Made by a program: the position numbers and the translations under genes. DNA of 64,000 bases from Lama guanicoe (Eukaryota). The stretch is taken from NCBI GenBank assembly GCA_013239625.1, contig MU056063.1, positions 5,509,447 through 5,573,446 on the forward strand. The letters are read 5' to 3'. The notes under the pieces are model-generated. The model saw nothing but the letters and a program-made list of their open reading frames with translations, made no database searches and was not told where the DNA came from. Each line of letters opens with the position of its first letter. Positions within the stretch are counted from its first letter, which is position 1. Positions 39,965 to 53,538 of this stretch are shown piece after piece.

Positions 39965-40400
39965 TGGAGGGGAGGAAAAAAAATCTTCCCTTCTAGACTC
40001 TTGACCATGTAGTAGAAGAACGATACGCAAGAGAAAAACTTAACAGGAGTGTGTTAACTCGTCTGTCTCATGTGTGCACGGGCGCCTTCACAAGCAAAAT
40101 GAAGGCTCGGGGAAGGCCTGTGTCTGCACCAGGCTGGACAGAGAGGGGCGGTTGTGGACAAGTGGCCAGGACATACCGGGCAGCTAGCAGAAGATGAGAA
40201 GTCTGCTTGTACAGCGTTCTCTTGGCCTCAGCTCTCTGGCTCTGGTGATAAGAATGCCTTTTCCCAGTCGGTGTGGGAAGGACGCCTTTCATGGGGGAGT
40301 TTTATCTCTCGCTTTCAGGAAGAAAGGGGAGGTCAGGGCACCCTCCTCACACCTGCTGTTTTTCAAACGCCCCTCAAAGTAATTCTCATGTCGAAGAAGG
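39965..40400 (-). mobile_element. ERV1-class LTR remnant (MER4/MER34-group-like)
   Basis: gggagttttatctctcgctttcagg-aagaaaggggaggtcagggcaccctcctcacacctgctgtttttcaaa is typical of antisense ERV1 LTRs; subfamily uncertain. Confidence 0.5.
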
Positions 40401-42239
40401 TCACGTATGCTGGTTTCCTCAGGTACAGCCAGGTGTCTTGGTGGAGAACTTGACCTTGGTCACTCCGGCCTTACCTGGTGGCTGCTTCCGACTCAGTCAG
40501 GACCCGGATTCCAGGTTGTGCTTTGGGTCCTCAGTCCAGGTGCTTGTCTGGGCCACAGGTTCCCTGACGGGGGAGGAAGATGCATGGATTCTGAAGTCAA
40601 GGACTGAAGTGAACTGTTTCAAGCTAGACCACTGAGGCCACCTGTACCCGTGGTATTGGGGCTTGGAACTCCAGGAGGTTCGGACAGTCTCATTTAGAGC
40701 CCAGAGAAGGCAGTGGTCCGTCTCACTTGACTTCATTGCTCGAGTAAGCTCACCACTCGTTTGCTCGATCGCGTTGTGCGTTTTGGTCGGGGGTTATCCC
40801 GGAGACGTTTTGGCCTCCTCACTCCTTGGCACGAGTCACGGAAGCACGAGTCTCCCGGGGCGGAGTGATGTTGAGGAAGACGGGGTGAGTTCTTCACCTC
40901 CCTGCGCCCCCCGCACCTCACGTCCACGCAGGTGCATGGTGCTGCTGTCAGTTTTCTTCTTTACTGTGTTCCCCTCAGATGCCAGCCGAGGGATACAGCC
41001 TCACTGACACGGCGGGTTTCGTGGAAGACTTGGTGGAGGAGCTAGAGGGCCCTCTGAGGGCTTGGAGTCTAGTGAAAGTCCTGTGTGGCGGCGCCTGTCT
41101 CAGGGCATTGTCCTTAGACTTTGGAAGCCCAGAAGGTGTCCACTGACTCAGCGGTGAAACTAGAGAGCTTGTCTTTTTGTCTGAAATGTGTTCAGAGCAG
41201 TTTTTTTTCCCTCGAGTAAGCTGTCACGGGTGCCTGATTTCCATTGTAGTTACGCTAATTTTATAATTTTTCTGTTGGATCTGGTGAGATGGGCGCTGAC
41301 TGGTTTCAGAGAACACGCTGTTCCTTCCCAGACCCTGTGGCCGTCATTTTGCTCAGGATCTTCCCAGCAGAGTGGTGTTCACCTCTCTTTGGTTGAATTG
41401 TCGGTGAATTTTAAGTTGTGTAACTTTTCACGTGTCTGTTTGAGTCAAAGAAATTAATTTTGGTTAGTTCATTGTGCTGTGGTCTGAATAATGCTCTCAG
41501 ATGTCACCAGGATGGGCCAAGTCAAGGGGGGTCTATTGTCAATTTTCTGCCAGCTCAGTCACAGAAGGAAGGGCTCGGCGGTGGTTAACTAAAACAGGTA
41601 AGCGTGTCAACTGTCTTTCTTAGTGGCTATGTTCATTCTAGGTGTGTATTCAGTTGCACGACGTGTTGAGATCTGCCAGAGACGTCTGCGCGTCTCACTT
41701 TGTTAGTCTTCTCCCCATCCAGCCTAGACCGAGTGGGGGGTGAATTGCCCTCCTTGGGTTCAGCTGTCAGAGGAGGCTTTGTTCTGTAGGGAGGGAAGGG
41801 TTTGCTGGGAGAGAGGTGGTTATCTTGGAACATTTCTGGCCCTCCGGGCTCCTCCCAGTCTCTCTTCACAGTTACCCCCATCAGTGGAAGGAGAGAATTC
41901 AAGTAACAGGAGTCACTAAAAAATAAAACCCCCCTGAGGAGTGTATGGGGCTTGTCCTGTGACTCAGACCAGAGCTGCTTTTGGAGAGGACCACGACTCA
42001 GAGTCCTCCCTGCACCCGCTCCTCTGGCACCAGGGATGCAGCTGAAGCCCCTCCCGAGCCGTAGCCCAGCATGAGACAAGACCTTTTCTGCGGCATTACT
42101 CCCGCGGTGGGCGTGCAAAACGCTGACTGGCATCAGCTGCACTAAATCACTGGGTGGGGCGGCGGCTGCCTCCCTGGAGATGACCCGGAGGGAGCCTTCC
42201 CTTTCTTCCCCAAGTGCCTGCTCTCCAGTGACCCTTGAG

Positions 42240-42270
<31 letters not shown>

Positions 42271-42271
42271 T
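42240..42271. repeat. (TTTTG)5 simple repeat
   Basis: Read directly from the sequence. Confidence 0.9.
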
Positions 42272-43365
42272 CGGTCCGGACATGACTGTGGCCTCCTCAA
42301 GAGGAGGGTAGAGGACAGAGTCGTTTGGACTGAGTTCTGTGTGTGTGTGCACGTGTGTGGTGTGTGTGCATGCACACGCACATGCTCTGCCATGCACCGT
42401 CTTTCTCGTACCTGCACACACGCGTGCACTGCCAGCGTCCCAGAGTCTCCCCTGGAGACTGGAGGGCAGGGCATCAGTTACAGTGGAGTGCATGTGTCGG
42501 CGTAGGAAAGTCGGGGGTGTGGGGAACCAGTCCCCATTTCCTGTTGAAAATACATGAAATAGAGTGAATCCTAGAGATCCGGTGATAAGGTTTTGGTCAA
42601 AGATCTTTGTTCCCTCAGACACCTCTTTTCTAACCAAGGCTGTTGATCTCTTTTCCTGCACATTCCTCCTGTGTTTCTCACTTTAGTTCTGCTTTCCTCT
42701 CACTCTTGTGCCCCCTGTAAACCTTCCTTAGGAGGACTCTGTGCAGGTGGTCTGCCCTTTCCCCCGCCGCCGTGTCGGTGTGCCCAGGCTGGCGTATGGG
42801 GAGAGGGCAGAGCCCGGCCCCCTGCACGCTCAGGAGAGCAGCTTGCTGCGTTTTCCAGACCTGTGTCACTGCGTCTCCTCTGCTCCCTCTCATGTCACTT
42901 GCACCCTTCCTTTCTCTGTCTACTTGCCTTATTTTAATGAAGCAAGAGGCAGAGGCAGGGGATGAGCCCAGGCTCGGACAGCCTGCTGCCACTAAGCACG
43001 GCTCAGCGTCAGGGTTCCTGGACCCACCCGAATCTCGGGGGTCATGGGGAGCAGCCAGTTCCACCAAGCGCACTCCCGTCCAGGACTGCGGGCCCCCCGA
43101 GGGCCCTGCTGCCGATTTACATTCACAAAGTTTCCCTAGAAAAGAAACAGCCTTGTCTAGTAATTAGGTGAAGTGGTATCAGCCAGGTCCCTTTTCCCTC
43201 CCGTTTTTGAGGCCCAGAGCAGTGGGGAGAACTGCCTGAGGCCACGTGCTAGTGGAAGAGCCTCTGCTCCTCCTGGTGCTTCTCTACCTGTGGTGCTCAG
43301 GTATTCCTTGTGCGACTTGTGGTCACACGTCAGAGATCGAGTCCCCTTAAAGTGCCCGAGTCTTG

Positions 43366-43511
43366 NNNNNNNNNNNNNNNNNNNNNNNNNNNNNNNNNNN
43401 NNNNNNNNNNNNNNNNNNNNNNNNNNNNNNNNNNNNNNNNNNNNNNNNNNNNNNNNNNNNNNNNNNNNNNNNNNNNNNNNNNNNNNNNNNNNNNNNNNNN
43501 NNNNNNNNNNN
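43366..43511. other. Assembly gap (146 N), ending 74 nt upstream of exon 4
   Basis: Run of N in the sequence. Confidence 1.
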
Positions 43512-43519
43512 GCCTCTGA

Positions 43520-43771
<252 letters not shown>

Positions 43772-43951
43772 TGAAGAGCCTTCCGGAGGGAGGGGAGAGA
43801 CTAGCAAAGAAAAAGGGGTAACCTCTGCTATCTTCTTGGCCTTCTGGGTGGAAGGTGTTCTGAATGTTTATTTTGATGTTGATTTTGCATAGAAAAGAGG
43901 TACCTTTGTTTCCGGAATAAAACAGCACATTAAAAAAGTGTCACGAGACCA

Positions 43952-44070
43952 GAGGAGGGTGTAGCTCAAGTGGAGCGCATGCATAGCGCGCCTGAGGTCC
44001 TGGGTTAAATCCCCAGTCCCTCCGTTAAAAAAATAATTAAATAAACCTAACCCACCCTGCCCCCCGCCAA
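43952..44070 (+). mobile_element. tRNA-Ala-derived SINE (Vic-1-like), intron 4
   Basis: gaggagggtgtagctcaagtgg...gaggtcctgggttaaatccccagtccctcc followed by an AT-rich segment and a C-rich end; similar to the other two copies; degenerate flanking repeat aagtgtcacga/aagtgtaatga. Confidence 0.85.
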
Positions 44071-45042
44071 GTGTAATGAAATAACAAGGTAATTAGGAAC
44101 TTGAAAATAAAAGCAATATAAGAACTTTATTTATAGAAATTAATTAGTGTGCATCTCAACTGAATATATCTTTATTATGTGGGAATGAGAAACAAATTGC
44201 AAGAAACAAACTTAATTCAGCACCGTATTAATAACATTAATGATAATAGTTATTTAAGAGCACTGAATTCCAGGGAAATTGATAGAATCTATGCACATTC
44301 CCCTTATCTCTCATTGAACACATTTACATTCATGATGATGACACTAAGATAGTGTCAGGTCTCTGGTTACCGCGTGAGCTGTGCCAGAGGTGCTGGACTT
44401 GAGGAGCAGTGAGATACTCACAGTAAATTTGTGCAAGTAAGAAAGTAAAAGGGAAACAGCTACTTTGATTCCCATTGCCCATATCCAAACATAGCTAGCA
44501 TTTTAGAATAAATAGTTCAGTTCATTTTCTAAGTACTTTAAAAATAACACTTTTCGTGTTGTTTATACATTTAGGTGTTGTTCAATAATGGTTTTTAAAA
44601 TTGCGTGCTGCTTAGAAATAGTATTTCCTTTCGTGCTAAACCCAAGTAATATAAAATAGTTGAGGATCACAGTGTGTGAAAAATGGAACATTTTTGACTC
44701 TGGCAGGTGAGAAAGCACGTTAGGGAGTATTTGGAGGAGGTGTCTGATGACTGAGCGTTGACCGAGAGCGGGGGGTCCGTGCACGGCTGTGCTTACGGCC
44801 AGGAGTGGTTCAGGGCCCCCCTGGGGCCGTGCTGTGCAGTGTCAGGGGCCCCGATCTCCTGGGCCCCATGTCTGTGCCCAGTAAACTGGGTGGTGAAGTG
44901 AGCTCCTGGTGATGTGGTGCCCCCACACCGGCCGAGCGCCCAGACCTTTAGGAAGGGTGGGGTGTTGTGGTTAGACTGACCCCTGGACCCACCGGGGCTG
45001 CGCTGAGACCCGCGCTGCCCTGACCGCGGGCAGGACGCGTGA

Positions 45043-45288
<246 letters not shown>

Positions 45289-48200
45289 TGACAGCCCATG
45301 GCTGGGCGTCACGAGCTGGCTGTGATAGTTTAAGCTGCATCATGGTTTTGACGCTGGCAAGCATCTAAAGGAACTAGATTTCAAACGGTTTGCTTGCTTT
45401 TTGTATTTCCCCGAATTCATCCTGCAGTTAATAAAAAGAAAATCAGAGTGGAGGGGAGGAGAAGTAATCTCTGACTCTTGTGTTTATGGGAATCCTGCGT
45501 GTAAGCTTATAAATCAGTGTTTATGGTGCTAAATGCTGGCTTTCAGAATCAGCCTGCGGACTCTGGCATTAGCTGTTAGGATCTGCTGCAGTATTTATGA
45601 GGGAAAGTTCTAATGTTTAGTGTTATTTACAGCCAATTGGAAAGCTGGTTTACGATCTTAGAGCAAGGGTCTGAACTACTGTTTCAGCAGCTTCTCAATG
45701 AGCCCTTTCAGCAGTGGAGCCGTCCTGACGGCAAGAGAGGGCGCTTTAAAATTTCGGATTTGAGAAGCACATGTGAGCTGCCAGCGGACCTCTTTCCCGT
45801 GGTTTTTCTTTCCGCTTTACCCCTAAACTACACAGTAAAGTTGCTTGGTTGGGTTTTCATTTACCCACCACATTTTAAAGATAAAGCCTCTGGAGTTGAA
45901 CTGAAATCTAATTCTTACGTTTCTTTCACTAATTAAAGAGAATTAATTTATTTTTTATTAATAGATGAACTTTATTTATAGATAAATTTTATTTCACGTT
46001 TTATGTTTAAGTTTCATGGAGGACTGCAGGTTTACAAAAAAATACCATCTGGAATTCCTAGAGACAGTTAGAATTCTTTTTATTTAGGCATTTTACAGAG
46101 CCCTTGAAAGTAGACAGTTCCCTTAAGAAAACCAGGTGTAGCGGGTGAGGTGGGAGACCCAACTTTTGCAGTCACATTCAGATTTCATTATTAAAATACC
46201 AGGACTCCTTTATGGTTACTGTGGGAGCCCTAATGTGGGAGGCTAAGTGTCCTGCCCTGCGCGGCCATGAGGACGTGCAGACACTGGGCGGATGGGTTTA
46301 TCTTCTTGATGGCTCAGTCTCCTAGCAGGGCAGCTGGAGGGTGCCCGGCGGTGAGGAGTGCGGACGCTGGAGGGAGCAGGCGGGGGTCTGAGACCCGCTG
46401 CTCATCCTCTGCACGTGCCCCGCAGTCAGCTTTCGGGACTCACTTGCTTCATCTGTAGAATTGGGATCCTAGCCTGTGAAGGAAGTACCATTATTATGAG
46501 CATTAAGTGAGGTCTGGTGCACATGAATCATCTAAGGTAACGCGTGGGTGCGTAACTGATTCAGTGTATTATTTACCACCATTGCTATCAGATGACACTG
46601 CAGGAAGCCCGGCTTGTTTGAGGCCCCAGCAACCTGAATATAGTGGTAGACATCTTCTTGAGATGAAGCAGATGTTTTCCATGTCTCTGGGCACATGAAA
46701 CGAGTTTCCTTCGTCTGCCCTTGATCTAGAATGGGAATTTTTCCTATGAAAAGTTAAATGAACTAAACACAAGCAAAGCTTCTGGAAGAGTCAGTGTCAT
46801 GTGCTAACGTGCATTTATCGCAGGCGTTACTAAGAGTTTTGGTGAAGGGAGAGCAGTCTGGTGAGGAGGTAAGCCTTGGGGAAGGAGGGTAGCTCACCTG
46901 CTTCGCACAGATGCGGTGGAGGCGGCCGATCCCTGAAGAGCCCAGCCGTCCTCTTTCTTTGGTGATGTTAGGTTCAGGTGCTGTTAAGTCAAGATCTCAG
47001 AAGGCTGAGTCCTGGGCGTGTCAGCCTTGGGCATCAGTAGAACAGCCAGCTCCCTGAAAGCCTCGAGACCCAAAGGCTCACCCTCAGAGCCAGCGTGTTC
47101 CTTCCAGCCCATTTCCATGTTGGCCACCCACACGGCAGCTTCGAGTTTCACAACCAGCACTGAAGGACACTGCTGACCACTTCTTTCTTCTGCGAATGAG
47201 ATGAATTGCAGGAAGATGTTTCCTAGCTTTGAGCATTGGTCTGTTTGCTCCTGGACGGGTGTTCGCTGTGTCCCGGACTTGCCATCGCTGCTGGGAAGCC
47301 AGCTGGGGCTTTGCTTATGGTGTGGAGGGTAGAGCACGCACCCTCCTCCCTCCCAGCCCCTTCCTGCAGGAAGACCGCATCCCTCGTTCAGGGTGGGCAC
47401 AGCTCAGGCCCACGTGGTTGAAGGGCTGGTCAGCACTCCAGCAGCTGCTGGCCTGAAGCCAGAGGACAGGGGAATTGCTGGAAGGGAACCAGAGCGCGCA
47501 CAGGCCATGTTTGTTTGAGAAGACGCGGATACTTAACGTTTGTTGCTAAAAGATAATCCTGTAAAAGTATAAGAATGAGGTTTGTGAAAGTCAGGATGAA
47601 AAAATGAACTGAAGTAGTACAAGTAGGAATTATGAAAGAATTTGGGAAGCTGTGATTTTTCATCTCTTCTTTTGCTGTTCAAAGTTAGACCATGCTGAGA
47701 GGAGGGCCTGCCTTCCTAACTACAGCACGAAGATCCCGTGTATTTTTAGCGCTTTGTCCCCCGGTCAGTGCTTTGTGGTAACACTACACACCCTGTGTGC
47801 CGGGAAAACAGACAGCTGCCTCACAGGCAGACTAGTAAGTGATTTAAAAAAAACCCTGTGTTAGAAAAATTAGTGTTCTAAGACAGATGTTGTGTTTAAT
47901 TCTTATCCTACAAAGGAGTGATGACAGTAAAACCCCACAAAAAATTAAGGGAAAATCGGATAAACCCTTCTTATCTCCCTTCTTTGAGCTGAGACATTTT
48001 GGAGTTAATAGATTGCTTGGGTCTTAAGGAGGCAGGCTGTAGGTTTGGTCTCTAGCTGCAGACAGAACAGGGAAAGGAGTTGTGAGAATGATGCCTTTGT
48101 GTCTTTCTGACCATATTTGGATGCTGCCCCCATCCCCCACCCCATTGGAGGCGCACCCCCGGGCGTCGTCCAGATAAAGGGTCATCAACAAGTGCTGTGT

Positions 48201-48531
48201 GCCCAGTAGGATTATTTCCTTGGGAAAGGGAGATATTTTATTTGAGCATAAAGCTTTTTTGTGGCAGGATTGTTTAACATGGGTGGAGGTGCGGGGGTCG
48301 ATTAACAGCGGTCTGCTGCTCTTCGGTGGGTATACCAGGCAGGGTTCAAGCCTTAAAGCCCACTTGCCCATCACTTTTCCTCTGGGCTGCGTGGGTTCAG
48401 ATAAACCCCCGGCCTCCCCCACAGCAGGGCAGGCTTGCAGCAGCGTGGGAAAGGAACCGCCCTGCTTGCAAATAGCACAAATTACAGCTGAGACACTGCA
48501 GATGGTAATCTGAGGCGCCTTCAGGGAGCAG

Positions 48532-48546
48532 CCAGCAGGTGGCAGC
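48532..48546 (+). promoter_or_regulatory. Candidate CTCF core motif
   Basis: CCAGCAGGTGGCAGC fits the CCASYAGRKGGCRS consensus; motif match only, no binding evidence. Confidence 0.45.
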
Positions 48547-48738
48547 GCTGCCCCCACGGGGCCCTGACCCACTGGATTGGGTGCCTCTGTCTGTCTCCTT
48601 GGTGTAATTGGTGATGTCTGGCTGGAAATGTCCTGAGACTGACCTGTAGGTTTCAGTACGGGTCCCAGAAACGTTTGGCCTGTGTGTGTGCTTTGCTATA
48701 AAAGGTGTTGTGTGTTCCTGGCTGTTTACTTACAGTGA

Positions 48739-48870
<132 letters not shown>

Positions 48871-49089
48871 TGACGGGCGTGTCACGTGATGCGCGCACAC
48901 TGGTGGCCCCCCCTGCCCGGGTGCCATTAGCTGCCAGCACTCTCCTCGCCTACGCTCTCCGCTTCTGTCTAAGTGTTGGGAACGGGGCTTATTGCTCAGC
49001 CTGCTCCAAACTCCTTCCCCTGAATGGTACACAGACATTTAAATCAGGCCTTGTATCACTGTCCTGCGTGGAGACCATTAATGACTTCC

Positions 49090-49505
49090 TGTTTCACTTG
49101 GAATGAAACCCCCACATCTTACCATGGCCCCTGCTGCTCTCCGGCCTCAGCCTATGAGCCTCCTTTGCCTCTCTTCCTCAGTCACTCATTTTATAACTTC
49201 CTTGGCACTTGCCTCAATCTTTCCCACATATGTTCCCGGAACACTCCTGGGGAACCCTTGCCCCAGCTCCCACGTTTCTGTCTATTTTCCTCACTCTCAG
49301 AGGTCCTCCCTGACCCTCTGTTCTGTGTTGGGTCCTACTGCTTGTCCCCTCCATAATGCTGAGCACAGTTAATAATTATATAGCTGTTTGTTTGCTTATG
49401 TTTCTGCCTTATCAGCAGTCAGTGGCTAGGATTGTCTGACCTGGAGTATTCTTACCCAGCACCCAGCATAGGGCCTTGAATGTAGTAAGTGCTCAGTAAA
49501 TGTGT
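49090..49505 (+). mobile_element. L2 LINE 3' fragment
   Basis: Pyrimidine-rich body ending cccagcacccagcatagggccttgaatgtagtaagtgctcagtaaatg, the L2 3' terminal motif. Confidence 0.6.
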
Positions 49506-50330
49506 ACATGGGGCCCACAGTGTCTTCCTGGAGATGCTCTTACAGTGGTTCTTTTCTGTGTCCTGTTTCCCTTACCTGGATCTCAGCTCGTTCCCATCGT
49601 GCGTTCATCGAAGGCATCTGTCAAATTTTTAAACAGAATGAGTGTTAAGTCCCTTTGAAATCTCAGGCACGGTCGTAGACTTGCCATCTCCCTCACTGCC
49701 TTCTTGCCTGACGCCGCATTTACTGGTCAGCTGTGGAGGGACAGTCTGCCCCTCTAAGCGAAGACAGGAGGCGCTCAGCTTGACCTCCCTGCTAATGGCC
49801 CAGCAGGCTCTGTGCTCCCTGCGCTGTCCCCGTGGTGGGACAGTCCCTCGACAGCCGCTTGGTGACTGTGACCTGCACTCACCGCCTGGCCTCTGTGTCT
49901 GTCTCAGAAGCACGTGTGCCCACCTCCTGGCCAGGTAGTTTCCTGAGTGGTCCTGTGCACAGTACCCCCGGCCCTCCGGCATGCGCTCCTGCGGGGTAGT
50001 GGCCGTGTGCGCGGGGTCAGCGTTGGCGGGTGTTCCATTAGAGTTGAGGCCTTCCTGCCATGTCTGCCTCTGTCCTTGAGCTTCCCTGTAGATTGCCTCG
50101 TCAGCCAGCTGGGTGGGACGTCGGAGGCCCAGCTACTTGGGGAGCGGTTTCTCAGTGTCTTGGCTTGATTGTCGTTGTTTAATTCAGCACCTCCTATGTA
50201 AGGTGCTGTTCTTTCCAGAAAACCTTCTCTGTCTGTGGTTTGTGCCGCATATGTCACGTGGGTCTCTGGCAGCTCTCCTGACTCAGGTTTTCTGGGACGT
50301 GATCTCGTCCGCAGCAGGCTCGCTCCCTGA

Positions 50331-50756
<426 letters not shown>

Positions 50757-51439
50757 TGAGAGTGGGCTCTGCCCCCTCCTCCCTGCCTGCCTGCCTGCCG
50801 CCCCGGGAGGACCGCATGGCCCCTGCGGCAGGTGCCCCTCTGCTGGGACAGTGTCGGGAGGCTTGCTTTGGTCCATCCTGTGTCGCCTCTGTTGTGTTAC
50901 TGAGTGAGATGCTGCTTTCCAGGCGAGGGGCGGTCACTGTTGTTTGCCCTGAGTGAGTAAATGCTTCTGCCCTGTTTGCTATCCTTTTTACCTTGAAGAG
51001 TATATTATATAATCAGATATTTATTATTTTTAAAGTATTGTCAGACTGTATAGCAGTAGCTTCGTCTCCGTGAAGCCTGAGAGCATCGTTACAGAGCTTG
51101 ACGGCTTCGCTTTGGTGCACAAGTGGATTTAAACTGTTAGAGTGACCTCTAGGGACTTACATTGATAATGCACTTTTTGATCCTGATGTAAAACCCATAT
51201 TTGATCATCAGACTCAGGTTGAATATGTTTTTAAAAAATTCTCTTGCCTTAAATGAGTTAGAGTTGTCGATGTACCTGTTAATGATATTCAAAAATGAAT
51301 TCATATCTTAACAGTCCCCAGTGTATTTCAGTATTTACTATAAATGCCCAGTTAAGGAAACTCAATTTAAGTCTATGGAGAGGAATATTTATTTTATTTT
51401 TTTATATGTTGAAGCATTTTAAAATAGGTGATAGACTTT

Positions 51440-51810
51440 ACAGCTTGTCACTCTTTGTTTCATCATTGTGTGTCTCCAGAATCTCAAAACGTTTTCTGAC
51501 ATCCAAAATATTATCATAGCTTTACTTAAGAATGATTTCTTAATAGAGTCCATAGTTAGACCAGCTGGCTTACAGCTGGTCTGTCCAGACCAGTGTTCAG
51601 TGCAGGACGAGATGCTGGATTTGGTTGTTTGGCTGCTAGATATCTTCTAATTGAGAATATCCCGCACCCGACTCCACCCCTTGTCCCTGACTTGCTGAAG
51701 AGGCAGTGTTCCACCTTTTAGATTTATCTTACCATTTCTGAATGTTAGCTCTGCAGTCTTTGTAATGTCATTTAGCTTGTTTTTCTGTAAACTGGAAAGG
51801 CTCAGTTAGT
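51440..51810 (-). mobile_element. Degraded old L1 3' fragment
   Basis: gatttggttgttt...gacttgctgaagagg...tgtcatttagcttgttt...tgtaaactggaa resemble antisense L1MC4/5-like 3' UTR. Confidence 0.45.
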
Positions 51811-52850
51811 ATCCAGGAAGGCCTTAGCAAGGTGCCCTCGGAGGAGATGGGTGTGGTGTGTGACGCATCCCTCCAGGGGCGTGGACCACTGCCCCACCAC
51901 TGCTGCTTTGGAGGCCAGTCACTGGGTTCAGGTCGTGAACCACCCTTCGCACCTGATAGTGTAGAAAACCCCATAACAATAAAGGGGCAACCCACGGGCC
52001 TGTCCTTACCTCTTGTGATAAAGTATATGTTACAGTTTATTTAGGAAAACCCTTAAGCTGAGCAACTTTAAGCAGTTTCTTTGTTAGTATAGCATATAAA
52101 CAAAAGAAGGCTCATGATGATGACCATCCGTTACCTGCTTTAAGAAAATCTCATTTGGGTTTTAAGAAGTTGGCTGATAAAACTTCATCTAGTGTATACT
52201 GAGCGTCTGCCCCGTGGTAGTCATGGTTCCGGAGGCGCAAAGATAAATGAAACAATGAAAGTGCCCGCCCTTGTGGAACTTACATTTGAGTAGAAAATAA
52301 AGTTCGAATTTTTAAATTAGTGTTTCAGGGGAATCAGAAGATTGTATGCACTTAGCTTACCACACATCCCTTCCTGCGTTTGAAGGGAGATGGAGTTTAG
52401 TGAGCTAGGGTAGGTCTTATTAATTGAGCTGCAGACCTTTTATAAAGCGTACTTTCTAGCCTTTAAACTTTTGACATCTTAATTAAGTGTGAGATATTGT
52501 CGTGAAACATAAGAATCAACAGCTGTCAGGGTTGGGAGTCTAAGCTACCTACTGCTTGTAAAGACCCGAAGGGACACTGGTGTGCAGAGCCTGCTGCGGC
52601 CGTCGGAGAAGCTGTCGCGTGGACCGCGTCTAGTTCCCCGTAGGCCGGGGTGGCTCTGGTTAACAGCCAGCTTTGTCTTCGTTGTATCATCTGCTCATTC
52701 ATTTGGAAGGTGCTCTTCCAGATGTGTATGTGCTTTTCATTTCCTGGCGAGCTTCGTCTCGGTTTATACACCCACGAGTGCATGTATGTTGTCTGTGTGG
52801 ATGGCCAGCGGTGGAGAGTTCATGGCCTCACATCCTGCTTTGTTCTGCAG

Positions 52851-52905
52851 AGTGACCTGTGGTCTTGCGGCATCACCGCCATCGAGATGGCAGAAGGCGC
52901 TCCCC
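52851..52905 (+). CDS. MAP4K4: MAP4K4 exon 8 (55 nt, phase 0/1): SDLWSCGITAIEMAEGAP(P)
   Basis: Acceptor tttgttctgcag|AGT, donor CCC|gtaagt; subdomain IX DLWSCG. Confidence 0.97.
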
Positions 52906-53415
52906 GTAAGTAGCCTCTTTTGAACCTGGTTGTGGTCTGTGACTTAAACCTGGTTTCATGGCTTCAGAAAGAACGCTTCGTGGAGGAACTTCTCCTTGAA
53001 GGGCGTTTAGATGAAGGAATCCTAAGTGCAGTGGAGTTGAGGTGGAACAGCCATTCTTGGCAGGCATCGTTCCTTTTGAACATCTCCCTGAGGTCTGTAG
53101 GCTACATTATCCTTTATTTAACTTGTAATCAGACGTGTGACCTGAAATTGTTCTGACAGCAGGTAACAAGCAGTACTTTTTCTTTTTCCAGTTTAAATTG
53201 GATATTCAGTGAAACTGGTTCTAACATAGGAACTGTTAGTATTATGTTTTGACTTTACAAATAGAGGCATAGTTTTTCACCTGTAGAGTAATTTTTTTTT
53301 TTTGGATTACCTGTGAAATTTTGCTTCTGCTTTGGGTTAAATCAGTGACAGCTTCATAAAATTAATTTTTTAATAGCTTAGATTTTTCTTTTGTAATTGA
53401 CTCATTTTTATTAAA

Positions 53416-53538
53416 TTTTTTTTGGCGGGGGGAAGTAATTTATTTACTTATTTTTTTTTAGAGGGAGGGACTGGGGATTGAACCCAGGACCTTGTGTATG
53501 CTAAGCACGCGCTCTACCCCTGAGCTGTAACCTCCCCC
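53416..53538 (-). mobile_element. tRNA-Ala-derived SINE (Vic-1-like), antisense, intron 8
   Basis: Reverse complement reads gggggaggttacagctcaggggtagagcgcgtgcttagcatacacaaggtcctgggttcaatccccagtccctcc plus an AT-rich tail; flanks actcattttta/actgattttta. Confidence 0.88.

Noticed and set aside
41633-42661. 342-aa minus-strand ORF
   Set aside because: Runs through (TTTTG)n and TG/CA repeats (KTKQNKTKQN, HTTHVHTHT); no recognisable domain; antisense intronic.
53470-53538. Apparent tRNA-Ala(AGC) genes here and at 23127 and 43952
   Set aside because: Degenerate stems, AT/A-rich tails and flanking direct repeats show they are SINE copies, not tRNA genes.
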